DNA of 61,924 nucleotides, filler included, from Bonamia ostreae (Eukaryota): NCBI GenBank assembly GCA_040357525.1. It is 25 parts of 25 records of this genome, joined end to end, with 100 filler letters (N's around TTAATTAATTAA, not from the genome) between each part and the next. Parts side by side here need not be neighbours in the genome. Positions count along the whole stretch, not along the records: positions 12,507 to 14,904 come from JBDODL010000864.1; positions 15,005 to 17,402 come from JBDODL010000865.1; positions 17,503 to 19,899 come from JBDODL010000866.1; positions 20,000 to 22,391 come from JBDODL010000867.1; positions 22,492 to 24,883 come from JBDODL010000868.1; positions 24,984 to 27,372 come from JBDODL010000869.1; 19 more parts are not named here. One strand, 5' to 3'. Shown piece by piece: positions 12,507 to 26,355 of this stretch (position 1 is its first letter; each line of letters starts with the position of its first letter). The notes under the pieces were generated by a model. It saw only the letters and a program-made list of their open reading frames with translations, ran no database searches and was not told where the DNA came from. The position numbers and the translations under genes were made by a program.

Positions 12507-12690
12507 TATTGTTGTCTTTTGTTCATCGCTACATTTAGCTCTTCGGACTTTGTTTTTCGATTTATTGACCATTTTAATGGCGTAAATAGCGCTATTAAAC
12601 GTTATTGTTGTCTTTTGTTCATCGCTACATTTAGCTCTTCGGACTTTGTTTTTCGATGTATTGACGATTTTAATGGCGTAAATAATTGAT
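12507..12690. repeat. Direct duplication, 96-bp period
   Basis: tattgttgtcttttgttcatcgctacatttagctcttcggac... at 12507 and 12603; open on the minus strand. Confidence 0.85.
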
Positions 12691-12914
12691 ATAATAACAT
12701 TTACCGACATTTACCGATATAACATCATTTTGTCAAATTTATAAATAAAAATGGATTGCGTCTTTCAGACCAAATCCAGTGCACAAATTTATATCTTCCT
12801 TTAGTTAGCGCAGGGACAATGTATATCTAAATTTATCAGTAGCGATTTTGCAATTTTTTGTGTCGCAGGGATACAAATCGAATTAAAACTTAGAACAAAT
12901 TTATAGCTCTTAAA

Positions 12915-14113
12915 TCAAATGTCGATATTATCATCTGAAACATTGTTCTTGTTAATATTATCATTGTTTTCCGGGTCATTATTGTCGAAACCGCTGTTCT
13001 TGTTGTTCTCTGCGCAGTTTTTTTCGTTGTCGCTTTTGGCCAGGTCGTTTTTTCCTGGACTGGGCGCACCAGAGACCAAACGATTGCATTCGAAGGGCGT
13101 CTCTTTGATTTTAGAACTCGCATCATCGTTTCGATCACCTGTTTCATCGTCGTTCTTGTCACTGTTTTTCTCATTACCGGTTTCCCTTCCGCGCTGCTTT
13201 CTCTCGCTGCAAAAAGAGTCGCTGTTGCCCAAATGAGCGTACGAATAGTCATTCTCGTTATAATCTTCAACTCCGTTGTTCGCTCGCGCGATTTGCATCA
13301 ACTTGCGAAAATGCGATTGCACGTCTAGAGATCTTGGAAGAGAAAATTGGTAATGTCCCCACCGCTTTAGATCGAATGGAGACGAAGGGTCGTTCCAAAT
13401 CGGCTCCATCCAACTTTCCGGGTGTCGCGGATTGTGCAGCAAGAACCTAGCTCTCGCCACTTTCGACTCTTGCGCGCATGTTGTTGGGCTCGTCTAATAA
13501 GATTTAGTATTGTTACCGATTCGGTTTTGGCGTGCCTTTTTTTTCTAGAAAATCTCTTTCTGCGTTGTTCTGCTTCATATTCTTCAACTACTTCTTTCAT
13601 TGGCTTGTATTCGTGAAGAGACAATACAAAATCTGGCTCTTTTGCTCGTTCCTCTTTTTCCTTTTTTTCTTCGATATCTTCATGATCTAAAATGTCCATT
13701 CCAGAGTAACTGTCATCGCTGCCATGGTCATCTTCGCTATTGTTGTAACTATTATCATCATCTTCGCTGTTGTTGCTTTTATCGTCATCCGAGCTTGAAT
13801 TGGGATTCATTTGTCTAAAACTAGGACAAAATTGAGTTACATCTCTTTCTTCCCATTCGATATCATCATAGTGTCTATATTCATCGTTTACAGAATCCGT
13901 CTCTTGAGACAATGTTTGTTCATTATTTTCAATACCGTTATTCTCAATGTCGTTGTCTTCAATATTGTTTTTTTCAATGTCGTTGTCTTCAAAGTCGTTT
14001 TCCGGAGAAGTAGAAATAGAAGCCAAAGGTGAATCGATTGGAATGTTGTTGATGCGAGAATTGACAAGAGGAGCGAAATTTTCGCTAGAGTCGCTTAATT
14101 GGTCTTCGTCCAT
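12915..14113 (-). CDS. Hypothetical acidic/Asn-rich protein, two exons
   Basis: The 248-aa and 181-aa ORFs fuse in frame after removing the 23-nt GT-AG intron 13494-13516 (KTES|TSPTTCAQESKVARARF). Confidence 0.7.
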
Positions 14114-14348
14114 TTTTGATTTTTAATAATCAGTTTTTGTGGTTATAAAGTTAACGATTTTTCTAAAACGTAATGACTTCGTTAATTATTCACTGCCTCT
14201 CATTGAGACAGTGCCAGGAAGGGAACTTTGATCCTTTATTGGTTACAGATCTCTGCAATTGGGGACTTTTTATCGGAGTGCATTGAAACTGCCATCGACG
14301 AAAAATATAAAATTTGTTTGAATACGAAAAATATAAAAATCGTTTTTA

Positions 14349-14848
14349 CTAAAGTGGATCGCTTTCAATTCTCTTTTTGGCTTTTGTGAGTTCGTTTAAT
14401 AGTCTTTCAGACTTTTCTTTCTTTTTCCGATAGAATCTTTTTTCTTTGGGATCAAATCCTTCTTCAGCCGCTCCAACTACAGCCCATTCAGGCGTTTCTG
14501 CAGTGTAGTCTTCGGGTTCAAATTTTCCGCCTTCTTCAAGTAACTATTTTGATGTGATTTTTTAACCTTTAAAAATTTATCGTAATCGATCCAAGTGCGC
14601 CATTTTCCGTCTATTCTAAAAGATTTTTTCGCGATCAAAACACAACAAGAATGAACATGTTCGCAAGCGATGGCGTAATCTTCTTTTACCCGAGAAACGA
14701 TTTTTTCGGCAAAATGGCGCACTTCGATGTGGAAGGGAATATTGCTCATCGTGATACCCGATTCTTTGGAGTTACCACAAAATGTCACTCCTTTTATTTC
14801 TATAAAGCTCGGTTTCCCGTTTTTGATCAAATTTCCATAATTTTCAAC
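14349..14848 (-). CDS. TYW1: tRNA wybutosine synthesis radical-SAM enzyme TYW1, C-terminal exons
   Basis: FIEIKGVTFCG, EHVHSCCVLIA, WRTWIDYDKF, then after 23-nt intron 14544-14566 YTAETPEWAVVGAAEEGFDP. Confidence 0.93.
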
Positions 14849-15004
14849 CTTTTAAATTGAAAATGTTTTGCAATAAAATTGAAAAGTTATAAAATTTTTG
14901 CAATNNNNNNNNNNNNNNNNNNNNNNNNNNNNNNNNNNNNNNNNNNNNTTAATTAATTAANNNNNNNNNNNNNNNNNNNNNNNNNNNNNNNNNNNNNNNN
15001 NNNN

Positions 15005-17301
<2,297 letters not shown>

Positions 17302-17502
17302 TAAAAGCAGCTTGATTATCAAAAAGTAAAAAAAATCGACAAAAAACATTTCACGTTTAAACAGTTTTGTACTACTAAATTTCACGTTTAAACAAAAAAC
17401 TANNNNNNNNNNNNNNNNNNNNNNNNNNNNNNNNNNNNNNNNNNNNTTAATTAATTAANNNNNNNNNNNNNNNNNNNNNNNNNNNNNNNNNNNNNNNNNN
17501 NN

Positions 17503-18579
17503 GGAAGAAGCACCTTTTGTCTGCAGTTGCTCCTTCGAATTGTTGAACATCTATCTCGTTGTTAAAATAGTATAATCATTAAATCTTTAAAAAGCAATAT
17601 AAGGCGTTTAATGTTTCAGTAAAACATTATTGATTGATAACTTACTGGTTTTCTTACATGTCTGACATACTCTATCATTTTTCTTTTGAGTTGATCTGCC
17701 TAAACATATAAAAAATGAACTTCCGAATCTGTAGGTTTTTCGGTAATTAAAGGTGGAATTAAAGGTGTTAAATCCTCCATTATATAGCCCATAGATGTTA
17801 ATTGAAACGTCAAAGATTTTACATTATCTAGGATTTGATCACTGTTCCCCGTAATGCCAAAATCAATAATATTTTGAATAATTTCTTCTTTTATGTAAAT
17901 CGGGCAACATTCACAAATTTTATTTAGCGATATTTCCAAGTCTTCCAACTCTCCATCATCTACAAGAAAATAATATCCAAGATACTCATAAAACTTTCTT
18001 TTTCGTTGCGTTGATTCCAATGATTTTACAAGTTTAAAAATTAGATCCTTAGTATCCATTTGATCTTGACGAGTTTTCTTCAAGTCTAAATATTTTAGTT
18101 TACACATCACTAAAGTTTTTGGGTCTTTGCAATTTTCAACATTAATGGATTCTGGGGGTAACATTGAAGTTGCGTATACTTTTAGCAAGTTAACGATATT
18201 TTCAAGAGCCTTTTTAAATTTTTTATTAGTTTGACAAATTTACGATATCAAAGTTTTATGGTTTATACTTTAACAATATTAAAACATGCTCTATATAGAG
18301 CGATTGCGGGCCTTGTGTCGGTGATTGATCAAGTTTTTTCAAAGCTTTTCCCAAATCTGTGTCGGTAGTTTGCGTGATTTTAGATGATGTATCATAATGT
18401 AGCCTTAAAGAATTAACACTTTCTTGAATAATTTCCAACTGCCCTAATTTTTGAGTTTTTTCAAGTTTTTCTAGATGTTTAGCCAAATCGCTCAAAACAA
18501 CTGTTTTGTCATTAGTTTTATCCATTAGTTTGTCTAATTTTCTGTGAATTTGATCAACTTGTTCATTAGATAAGGACAT
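17503..18579 (-). CDS. Hypothetical lineage-specific protein (NCKDP family), partial
   Basis: Multi-exon coding region; LPPESINVENCKDPKTLVMCK is similar to the gene at 39002. Confidence 0.6.
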
Positions 18580-19016
18580 GCTTAGGTTTATTTTTGAATT
18601 AATAATTTTTCTGTTTATATTTTTTTTAATGTGTTTTTATTGCTTTTGAAAATATTCAAATACGCTAAATTTTGAATAAATACATTTAAACCATAAATGA
18701 GAAAAATTAAACCAAAACATTAAATCGTTCCCTCTTCGATTTAAAAATAATCTCGGAAATGGATAAATTAGGTTTTATGCCCATTAACTCCACGAGAAAT
18801 GCATTTAAATTTCAAAAAACGAGATCCTTGAAACCAATATTAATTAAAATGGCTTTTTCTAATTAAATTGGGGGTCGAATTTTAATTAAAATTGTAAATT
18901 TGTTTTATTTTCCAAATCCAAATAAACGCAAAACGGTAAAAAAAATTTCAACTTCAATTTTAAATAATTTCTTATATAAAAAACATCGAAACAAACCGAA
19001 AATCTTTTGTCGCAAA

Positions 19017-19899
19017 ATGGACAATTTGGAGAAAATCAAAGAAAAACTCTTGAAAAGCCCAAAAATAGAATTTTCTGATTGTTGTGTGTTCAATCAAATC
19101 GCTGGACATGGAGCGGTCGACAGTCGCCTTACGTTTCTTAGCTATCCGAAAGAAGGAAAAGAGGCGCATCGCTATTTATTGAAACCAGCTTTTTCCAGAG
19201 GTCAGTTGGATTTGAAGGAAGCGCAATTTTATAATTATCTTTCGACTTTGAATTCTGATAACGTTCTAAAGCAGTTCACTCCTGATTATTTTGGAACAGC
19301 TTTCGTGCCCCAAGACAGATTAGTTTCACAATGTTTTTTGTCAGACGATAATTCCAAAAAGACTTTTTGAAGCTGGAAAACATCTCAACTAAATCGAAAA
19401 TTCAATGTTCGATGGACGTGAAAATAGGCACTAAAACTTACAGTCCTGACGATACACCACAAAAAATAAAACAGGTTAAAGAAAAATATGTCTTTCAAGA
19501 GGAAATCGCCTTTCGCATCTGTGGAATGAAAGTTTTCGATTTAAACAATGGCGCACTTTCACAACATAAAAAAAGCGATTGGGGTAGAACTGTCAATCCA
19601 GACAACTTGATAAACTCGTTAAAACTGTTTTTCGACTGTGGGCTTTCTAAAGCTGAAATCAAAAAAATTATAGAAAAGTTTCTTTTTGCGGCCGGAAAAT
19701 TGAAAAAGTATTTCGAAGAACAAATGGAATTTGGATTTCGATCAAGTTCATTGTTATTGCTCTATTCGCGAAATGAAATAAGACTAAAAATGGTCGATTT
19801 TTGTCATGTTCAGTCCGCTTCAAATAAAATTGACTTTGGTTATTTGAAAGGAATTAGTAATTTTATCGAAAAACTTGAGTTCATCGATGTGCACTTTTT
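19017..19899 (+). CDS. Inositol polyphosphate kinase (IPMK/IP6K family)
   Basis: QIAGHG, LKLENI, CSMDVKIG, FRICGMKVF, SSSLL, MVDFCH; 29-nt intron 19333-19361 joins the two ORFs. Confidence 0.9.
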
Positions 19900-19999
19900 N
19901 NNNNNNNNNNNNNNNNNNNNNNNNNNNNNNNNNNNNNNNNNNNTTAATTAATTAANNNNNNNNNNNNNNNNNNNNNNNNNNNNNNNNNNNNNNNNNNNN

Positions 20000-22300
20000 C
20001 ACATATCACGTGTTTGATCTTAAAAAAGGAAACCAGCAATTTCCACAGATGTTTCGAGTAGCATTTTCCCTAGCATAAAATTCCGGATTTTGTTTTAATC
20101 GGAATATCAAAAATGGCAACCTTCATCTTTCGTAGATATTAAATATGGTACCTTGATTATTATCATTCCTCCAATTAATATAAAAGTATCAAGAACAAGG
20201 TTCTGTAAATAGGGGTCTTAAATCCCGAAATCTGCATAAAAGAAGTTGGAATTCTCATCAAGAAAGTTAGGTTTACCATGCATTTCTTCACATGTTGTTT
20301 GAGTTGCGGATAACCTAACGTTTACTTCATAAGTACACATTCCTATGTCACTAGTCCATTTGCCGAACTGCAAAAATAAATAACGGAAATTAAATTTGCG
20401 CTGCAATCACTAGATTATTATTTACTTTAAAATGCATATCAGGTAAATATTGGAAATACCAGCATTGCAAAAAGATAGAAAGGCAAATTTCTTTATTTAT
20501 ACGTAAAACAAGGGATCAGTTCCTAATGCTGTTTGTAATGACAAGCAATAACATGTGGATAGTTGTCGTTGATTTCACGATGCTGTAAATGGTAGCAAAA
20601 ATCCAGTGGCACTAGTTTTTCCGCTTTCAAAGGTAAGCAATGCAAGATGTTTGGAACTGAAAGGAGTTAGATTTCTTTTTCTACGATACCGTTCAGAGCA
20701 ATGCAGTCAAACTCATGAAAACTTTCACTTAAACAAATGACAAGTCAAGTTGGTATTAATGATATCCTTCCTGTGTATTCCAAGCATATTATGAAACACT
20801 CTACAAAAGGTTGGGAGCGGTATAGGAGAGTAGTGTTACTTTTAGAGTTATAGAAGCACGTTTCAGGGTCAATATTACTCTAAACAAAATATACTTTGCG
20901 ACTCTACCTTTATGAAAGGCCTCCAATCGTGACACGATTCATCAACCAATCTTAGAACTGCAAAATGAATATTTATAAAGAAATGCATTGTTCAGGTTCC
21001 AAGCTATTTCTTTTCTTTTTGAATTTTTATGTGCAAGTCTTTTGTTATGGGTAAATATGTACATCTTTTACACAGAATAGATGAGTATTGTTGAAAATAC
21101 ATCAAACAGTCTAAATAATACTATATCAATAAAGGAAAAGAAAAATATATATATATAAATGTCACAATCTGAAAGGGTCAAATGCTTCATTACCATTCTA
21201 CTATTAATATTGATTATTACTGATTATTCATTATAGCAAAATCATCTATACATATTTATCATATGAAGAACTGGTTTCTATTGTATTGTATTTCCTCTTG
21301 GAATAGGAAGCCAACATTTTGAACATTTATTTCATCTAACGTTTTCCCTATTATAATAACAAAATCTTCACAATGTTATTTTCATTGAAATGCAAAAAGA
21401 CAATAACCTTCACGTTTGTTAGAGTCTTAAAATGGTATCCTGAATGATATATTCCTCTGATTAATATGAAAGTGAATTTGTATTTATCATTAATAAACTT
21501 CCAAATCAACAATTCCTTTGCAGACTCTGTTGATTCTGGTGTGAAATCCGAAAATCTAGATTTATAACACTGTCATAATGAGAGTTATTTTCACCGTGAT
21601 ATTTTTCGACTATTTCAGTCAATATAAGTGACTCACTGTTTTCGTCGAGAAATTGTGTTTGTGCTTTTGGCCAATTTTTGATCTGCAAAATAAAATTTGA
21701 AAATTAAATTTGCGCTGAAATCCTGAAATTTATTATCTATTTTAGAACGCAAATCAGGAAAATTAGAAATGCAAATATTGTAAAAACTTGAAATGTTAAA
21801 ATGGTCAATCTGTTCTGTCTTTTCAAGAATATAAGAGATCATTTAATCGTGCTGTTTGTAATGACAAACAATAACATATGGGTAGTTGTCATTGATTTTA
21901 TATGTTGAAAATGGAAATTATATATGATGACACCTGTTTGTATGCTTTCATAGGTAATCAAGATGTTTAGGAGCTGAAAGGGGTTAGATTTCTCCTTCTA
22001 CGATGTTGATCGGAGCAATAATGTCAAAAGTAAGCAAGATCAGTTAACCAATGCCAGTTTGATTTGGTATTAATTATGTTTTTGCCGCGTATTCTGAGTA
22101 TAATATATATACTATTGATGTACTCACAAAAAGTTGTGAACAATATGGTGGGGGTACTGTTAGTTTTGAGATTATAGTATCACGTTTCATAGTCAATATT
22201 TACACTGTTAAGGACACAATATTGTTAAGAACAGTACCATTACGGCAATTATCCCAATCCTATTCATGTCAATTTTGGAAGCTGCAGAAAGAGTACCTGT
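20000..22300 (-). pseudogene. Tandem pair of decayed paralogous gene relics on a host-like contig
   Basis: Diverged direct duplication at ~1.32 kb offset (20527 vs 21850; 20857 vs 22181); shared peptide FLDENS; many stops. Confidence 0.5.
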
Positions 22301-22577
22301 AAAGAAAAAAAATGTTAAGGACGCATGCTATTTTTTTTCTATTCCTTATTTACATATTCATTAAGTTGTAAGGAAAATACCTTAACATTTCNNNNNNNNN
22401 NNNNNNNNNNNNNNNNNNNNNNNNNNNNNNNNNNNTTAATTAATTAANNNNNNNNNNNNNNNNNNNNNNNNNNNNNNNNNNNNNNNNNNNNTTTTAGCAA
22501 ATTTAAATGGCAAACAATTTTTTAATGCGATGTTTTGGCTTGCAATAGCAAAAACAAAAAACTGAAATTTTTCAAAG

Positions 22578-23819
22578 GAAAAAGTCGGCGAAGGAGAACA
22601 AGAATGGGTTCTCGACACAGAGGGAATCAACCTCCGAGAAGTCACAGCGTTGCCGGATGTCGACTACACTCGCACAATCAGCAATGACGTTCTTGAGATG
22701 TGCCAAGTCTTTGGAATCGAAGCTGCGCGCACTGCGCTTTTGAACGAAATCCGCAACGTCATTTCTTTTGACGGTTCTCTTCCAATCAACTTTGTCGATT
22801 CCATAATTATTAGTCGAATTTCCATTTTATTTAATTTGGCACATTGATTCAATTTTAAAGGAAGTTACGTCAACATAAGACATTTGTCCATTTTGGTGGA
22901 CAGCATGACGTACCGCGGACACATCATGTCCATAACGCGTTCGGGAATAAACAAAATGGACACCGGGCCGCTCATGCGCTGTTCCTTCGAAGAAACCTCC
23001 GAAGTCCTCAACGACGCGGCCATGTTCGCAGAAAAAGACGATTTGAAGGGCGTCTCCGAACAGATCATGTTCGGCAAACTCGCTCGAGTCGGCACGGGCG
23101 CTTTCGACTTGCTGCTCGACGAGAAGAAGCTCAAACAAGCCGTCGCAGTAGAAGACGAAAACGACCTCGAATTCGATTTGTTCGGAGCAGGAGAAGCTTC
23201 TCCTTCGCTCTCTACGCCGTCTTACGGCATGACAAGCCCCAGTGGAAGCCCGGTCACCGGATTGTTCTCGCCCATTAAAGGGAAGTTTTCTCCGGGTGCG
23301 ACCAGTCCCGCGGCAGTTTCCCCAAACGCGATGTCGCCTACGGACGCAAAGTTTTCGCCTACTTCGCCGAGCTATTCGCCTACTTCGCCTAGCTATTCCC
23401 CTACATCGCCGAGCTATTCGCCTACTTCGCCTAGCTATTCGCCGACATCGCCGAGCTATTCGCCTACTTCGCCTAGCTATTCGCCTACGTCGCCAAATTT
23501 TTCTCCGACATCGCCAAATTACTCGCCCACGTCTCCCTTTGCGAGCAAATCGAGTTTTTCCCCAAATTACTCTCCATCGTCGCCCAAATACTCTCCGACT
23601 TCTCCGACATATTCTGCGAGCACGGAGAGAAAAACGGAGTCCTCGTCTATGTCAAGTCCGAGCAGTTCTTTTTCCGAGGACTCGTCTTCGAGTCCGAGTT
23701 TGAACAGCGACGATGACAAGAAGATGTATTCGCCTTCGAGCCCAGCATACACACCGCTCAGTCCCCGCTACGAGCCTTCCGTTGGAGGCGAGAAGGACAG
23801 AGACGGTAAAAATAAATGA
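22578..23819 (+). CDS. RPB1: RNA polymerase II largest subunit, C-terminal part with CTD
   Basis: [68 protein letters not shown] heptads; intron 22774-22860. Confidence 0.98.
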
Positions 23820-24143
23820 TTTGAAATTTATTGTCGTTTTTATATTTGCGGAAGAATTTGATCTACCCAAATTCATTCTTAACGCTGTAATTACAATGAA
23901 CATATTAAAAAATATTGAACATTTGATATTAAAAATTTATTCTTCAAAAACGATATTAAAGAATATTGCAAAAAAACTGATATTCATTTTGTCGAAAGAA
24001 TAAATTTGTTGAATGAAGAAAAGTCAATTTGTACAAAATTTGAAGAGCAAAATAACAAAATTAAAACGGTCTGAAACAAAATAACGCAATGTTTTTACAC
24101 AAACAAATCATATAGAAAAACATTAAAATTAGGCAAAACAACA

Positions 24144-24883
24144 ATGTCCGAAACAGCTTTAGAACTTGATAAGGACAAAACAGTTCTAAAAAATTACAAT
24201 TTGTCGAAAATGTGCAAACTGAATTTAAGCGACTGGCGAAAACTGCAAAACAATGTCATTGAAGGAACTGTTTTAAGGCTATCAAAAACTGCGCAAAATC
24301 TGTTTAATAGCGCTGACACAATATCGATTTCAGATTTTTTCTACAATTTCGTCCATAGCTTTGTCAGTCAAAATGTCAATTGCCATCCAATCCAAGTTAA
24401 ACCTCAACATTTTTTAGTTTTTTAGCTTGACTTTCGCAAAAAACAAATGGCCCACCGAAATCCAATTCGTTTTGAGCCAAATTTTAAATGCGGTTTGGAT
24501 TGAATGCAGAAACAGCGATCAAAAAAACTCCAAAACAATCGAATTGCGATTTCTGGCTCTGCTCAGCGGACTGTTAAGCGTTTGCCAATTTTACGATAAA
24601 AAAGACGCAGCTCATTTCATCGGATGTCTTCGAGAAAACTCTTTCGGTCGAATTGATCGGTAAACTTGGCATTTTAGACACTGCCAAACATCTCAATTTT
24701 GTTTAAATTAATAAACTTAAATTCCTTAAAGCGGAATTGGAAAGTGGAGAGATTAAATTTTTATCCGCCAAAATTTCGTGGTCAAATCTCTCCACTTTTC
24801 TCTCCGTTTTAATTGTAAAACTTCGTTTCCGAAGATTTTTTGCAAATTGTTAAATTTCATATTAAAAATGAAAAATCGCAAAT
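24144..24883 (+). CDS. Hypothetical protein, possibly THO complex subunit 2 N-terminus, partial
   Basis: Multi-exon helical ORFs; SQILNAVWIE..RFLALL..LISSDVFEKTLSVELI loosely resembles THOC2. Confidence 0.35.
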
Positions 24884-25548
24884 NNNNNNNNNNNNNNNNN
24901 NNNNNNNNNNNNNNNNNNNNNNNNNNNTTAATTAATTAANNNNNNNNNNNNNNNNNNNNNNNNNNNNNNNNNNNNNNNNNNNNAAAAGTTGCAACAATTG
25001 CAATTTTTGCTGAAAAATTAAATTTTTTGTTATCAAAGATACGCAATCCCACAAGATTTCATTCCATGCAAAAACAGTGCATTTCCCGACTTATGTGATA
25101 ACCCAATGTACATAAAAATTGATTAAATTCATAATTTATTCGATCTTTTTCGTTTTTCGTAAAAGTCTTCCACAAAATTTTTGTTTTCCGAAAAAATCTT
25201 TTCATTTAATTCGGTTTTGTAGTAAAAATACAAATCGTTTCGCAAGGCTTTCTCCATCTTTGAAATCGACTCGTCCGCCATTGTTGAAAAATCTTTTTCA
25301 TCTATTTGCGCGTCTTCAATTTGATATTTTTCTTCTAATTTTGCAATCTTTTCACTGTATTCTTTCCAAACTTTATTCGACATGTTAACATATTAATTTT
25401 TGACATTAATTTCGTAAATTTTATTTCGTAACAAAAAGAATTTTCGGACATACATTTCAATATTCGAAAAAAACTTTGAGGGTCGATGAATTCAAAACTA
25501 TTGACCATTTTAATTTTATATAAAATTACTAGTTAAACCAGATTTTTT

Positions 25549-26090
25549 ATGGGAAGGGCTGAAAACAATTCTTTGGAACAAACTTTCATTTTGGTAATTT
25601 TGATAAAACATGATTTAAGATCAAACCGGATGGAGTCCAGAAGAGATTAGTTTTATTTTTTTCGATTTAAATCTATTTTAGTAATCGGTTGAATTAAATT
25701 TGGAAAATTTCAAATTTTAATGTCGATTTAACGAAAAAAGTCGGGTTTGATAATATCGATATTCGAAAGGAAAGAATTTAATCTGAAAAAATTGAAAATG
25801 ACGAGAGTCGACAGAGAATTTGCGAAAAGACATTACGCTGAGCATAAAGGAAAAAAATATTTTGAGGATATTATTAAACACATTTCGAGTGGCGATGTCG
25901 TGGCAATGGTGCTTGAAGGAAGAAATTCCATTGGAAAAGTTCGGAAGTTAATAGACGAAATTAGACGTTTTTTAAAATAAAAATGGACAAAGTTGATTTT
26001 GGCACTAACAGCATTAAAAACGTCATTCATGGTTCCGATTCGATAAAATCTGCCAGAAGAGAAATCGATTTGTGGTTCGTAGATCAATAA
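25549..26090 (+). CDS. NDK: Nucleoside diphosphate kinase
   Basis: EQTFIL|IKPDGVQ, HYAEHKGKKYF, SGDVVAMVLEG, NVIHGSDS..SARREIDLWF; introns 25594-25619, 25650-25740, 25967-25992. Confidence 0.96.
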
Positions 26091-26355
26091 ATTCAGTCTT
26101 TATTATTTTTGTTATCTTTGCAACTTTCTTTCCAATGACATTTATGAATACAACAAAATTTTTTAAAAGCGACAAAATTTTTAGTCGTTTTATTGGATAT
26201 CTTCAGTTTCAAAAATTATAAAATGATTTCTATTCCTAAAACTAGTGCTAGACCAATTAATATTGTTATTAACATTTGGTTTATTACTTAACGGTTTGTT
26301 TGTTATTTAAGACGATTGGTATTGTTTCTATAGTTTAAACCAATTTTTAATAAAA

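Noticed and set aside
12800-12875. U4-like start (GCGCAGGGACAATG) with an Sm-like AATTTTTTG
   Set aside because: Too short and lacks the kink-turn stem; insufficient support.
14190-14260. TPP riboswitch or U1 snRNA resemblance (TGAGA..GAACTTTGATC; ATGCACTCC)
   Set aside because: The required P4/P5 CGNAGG and the U1 motif order are absent; kept only as an unassigned structured element.
19333-19370. Apparent programmed frameshifts or alternative genetic code between overlapping ORFs
   Set aside because: Most cases examined resolve with a short GT-AG or GC-AG intron; TAA, TAG and TGA all act as ordinary stops.
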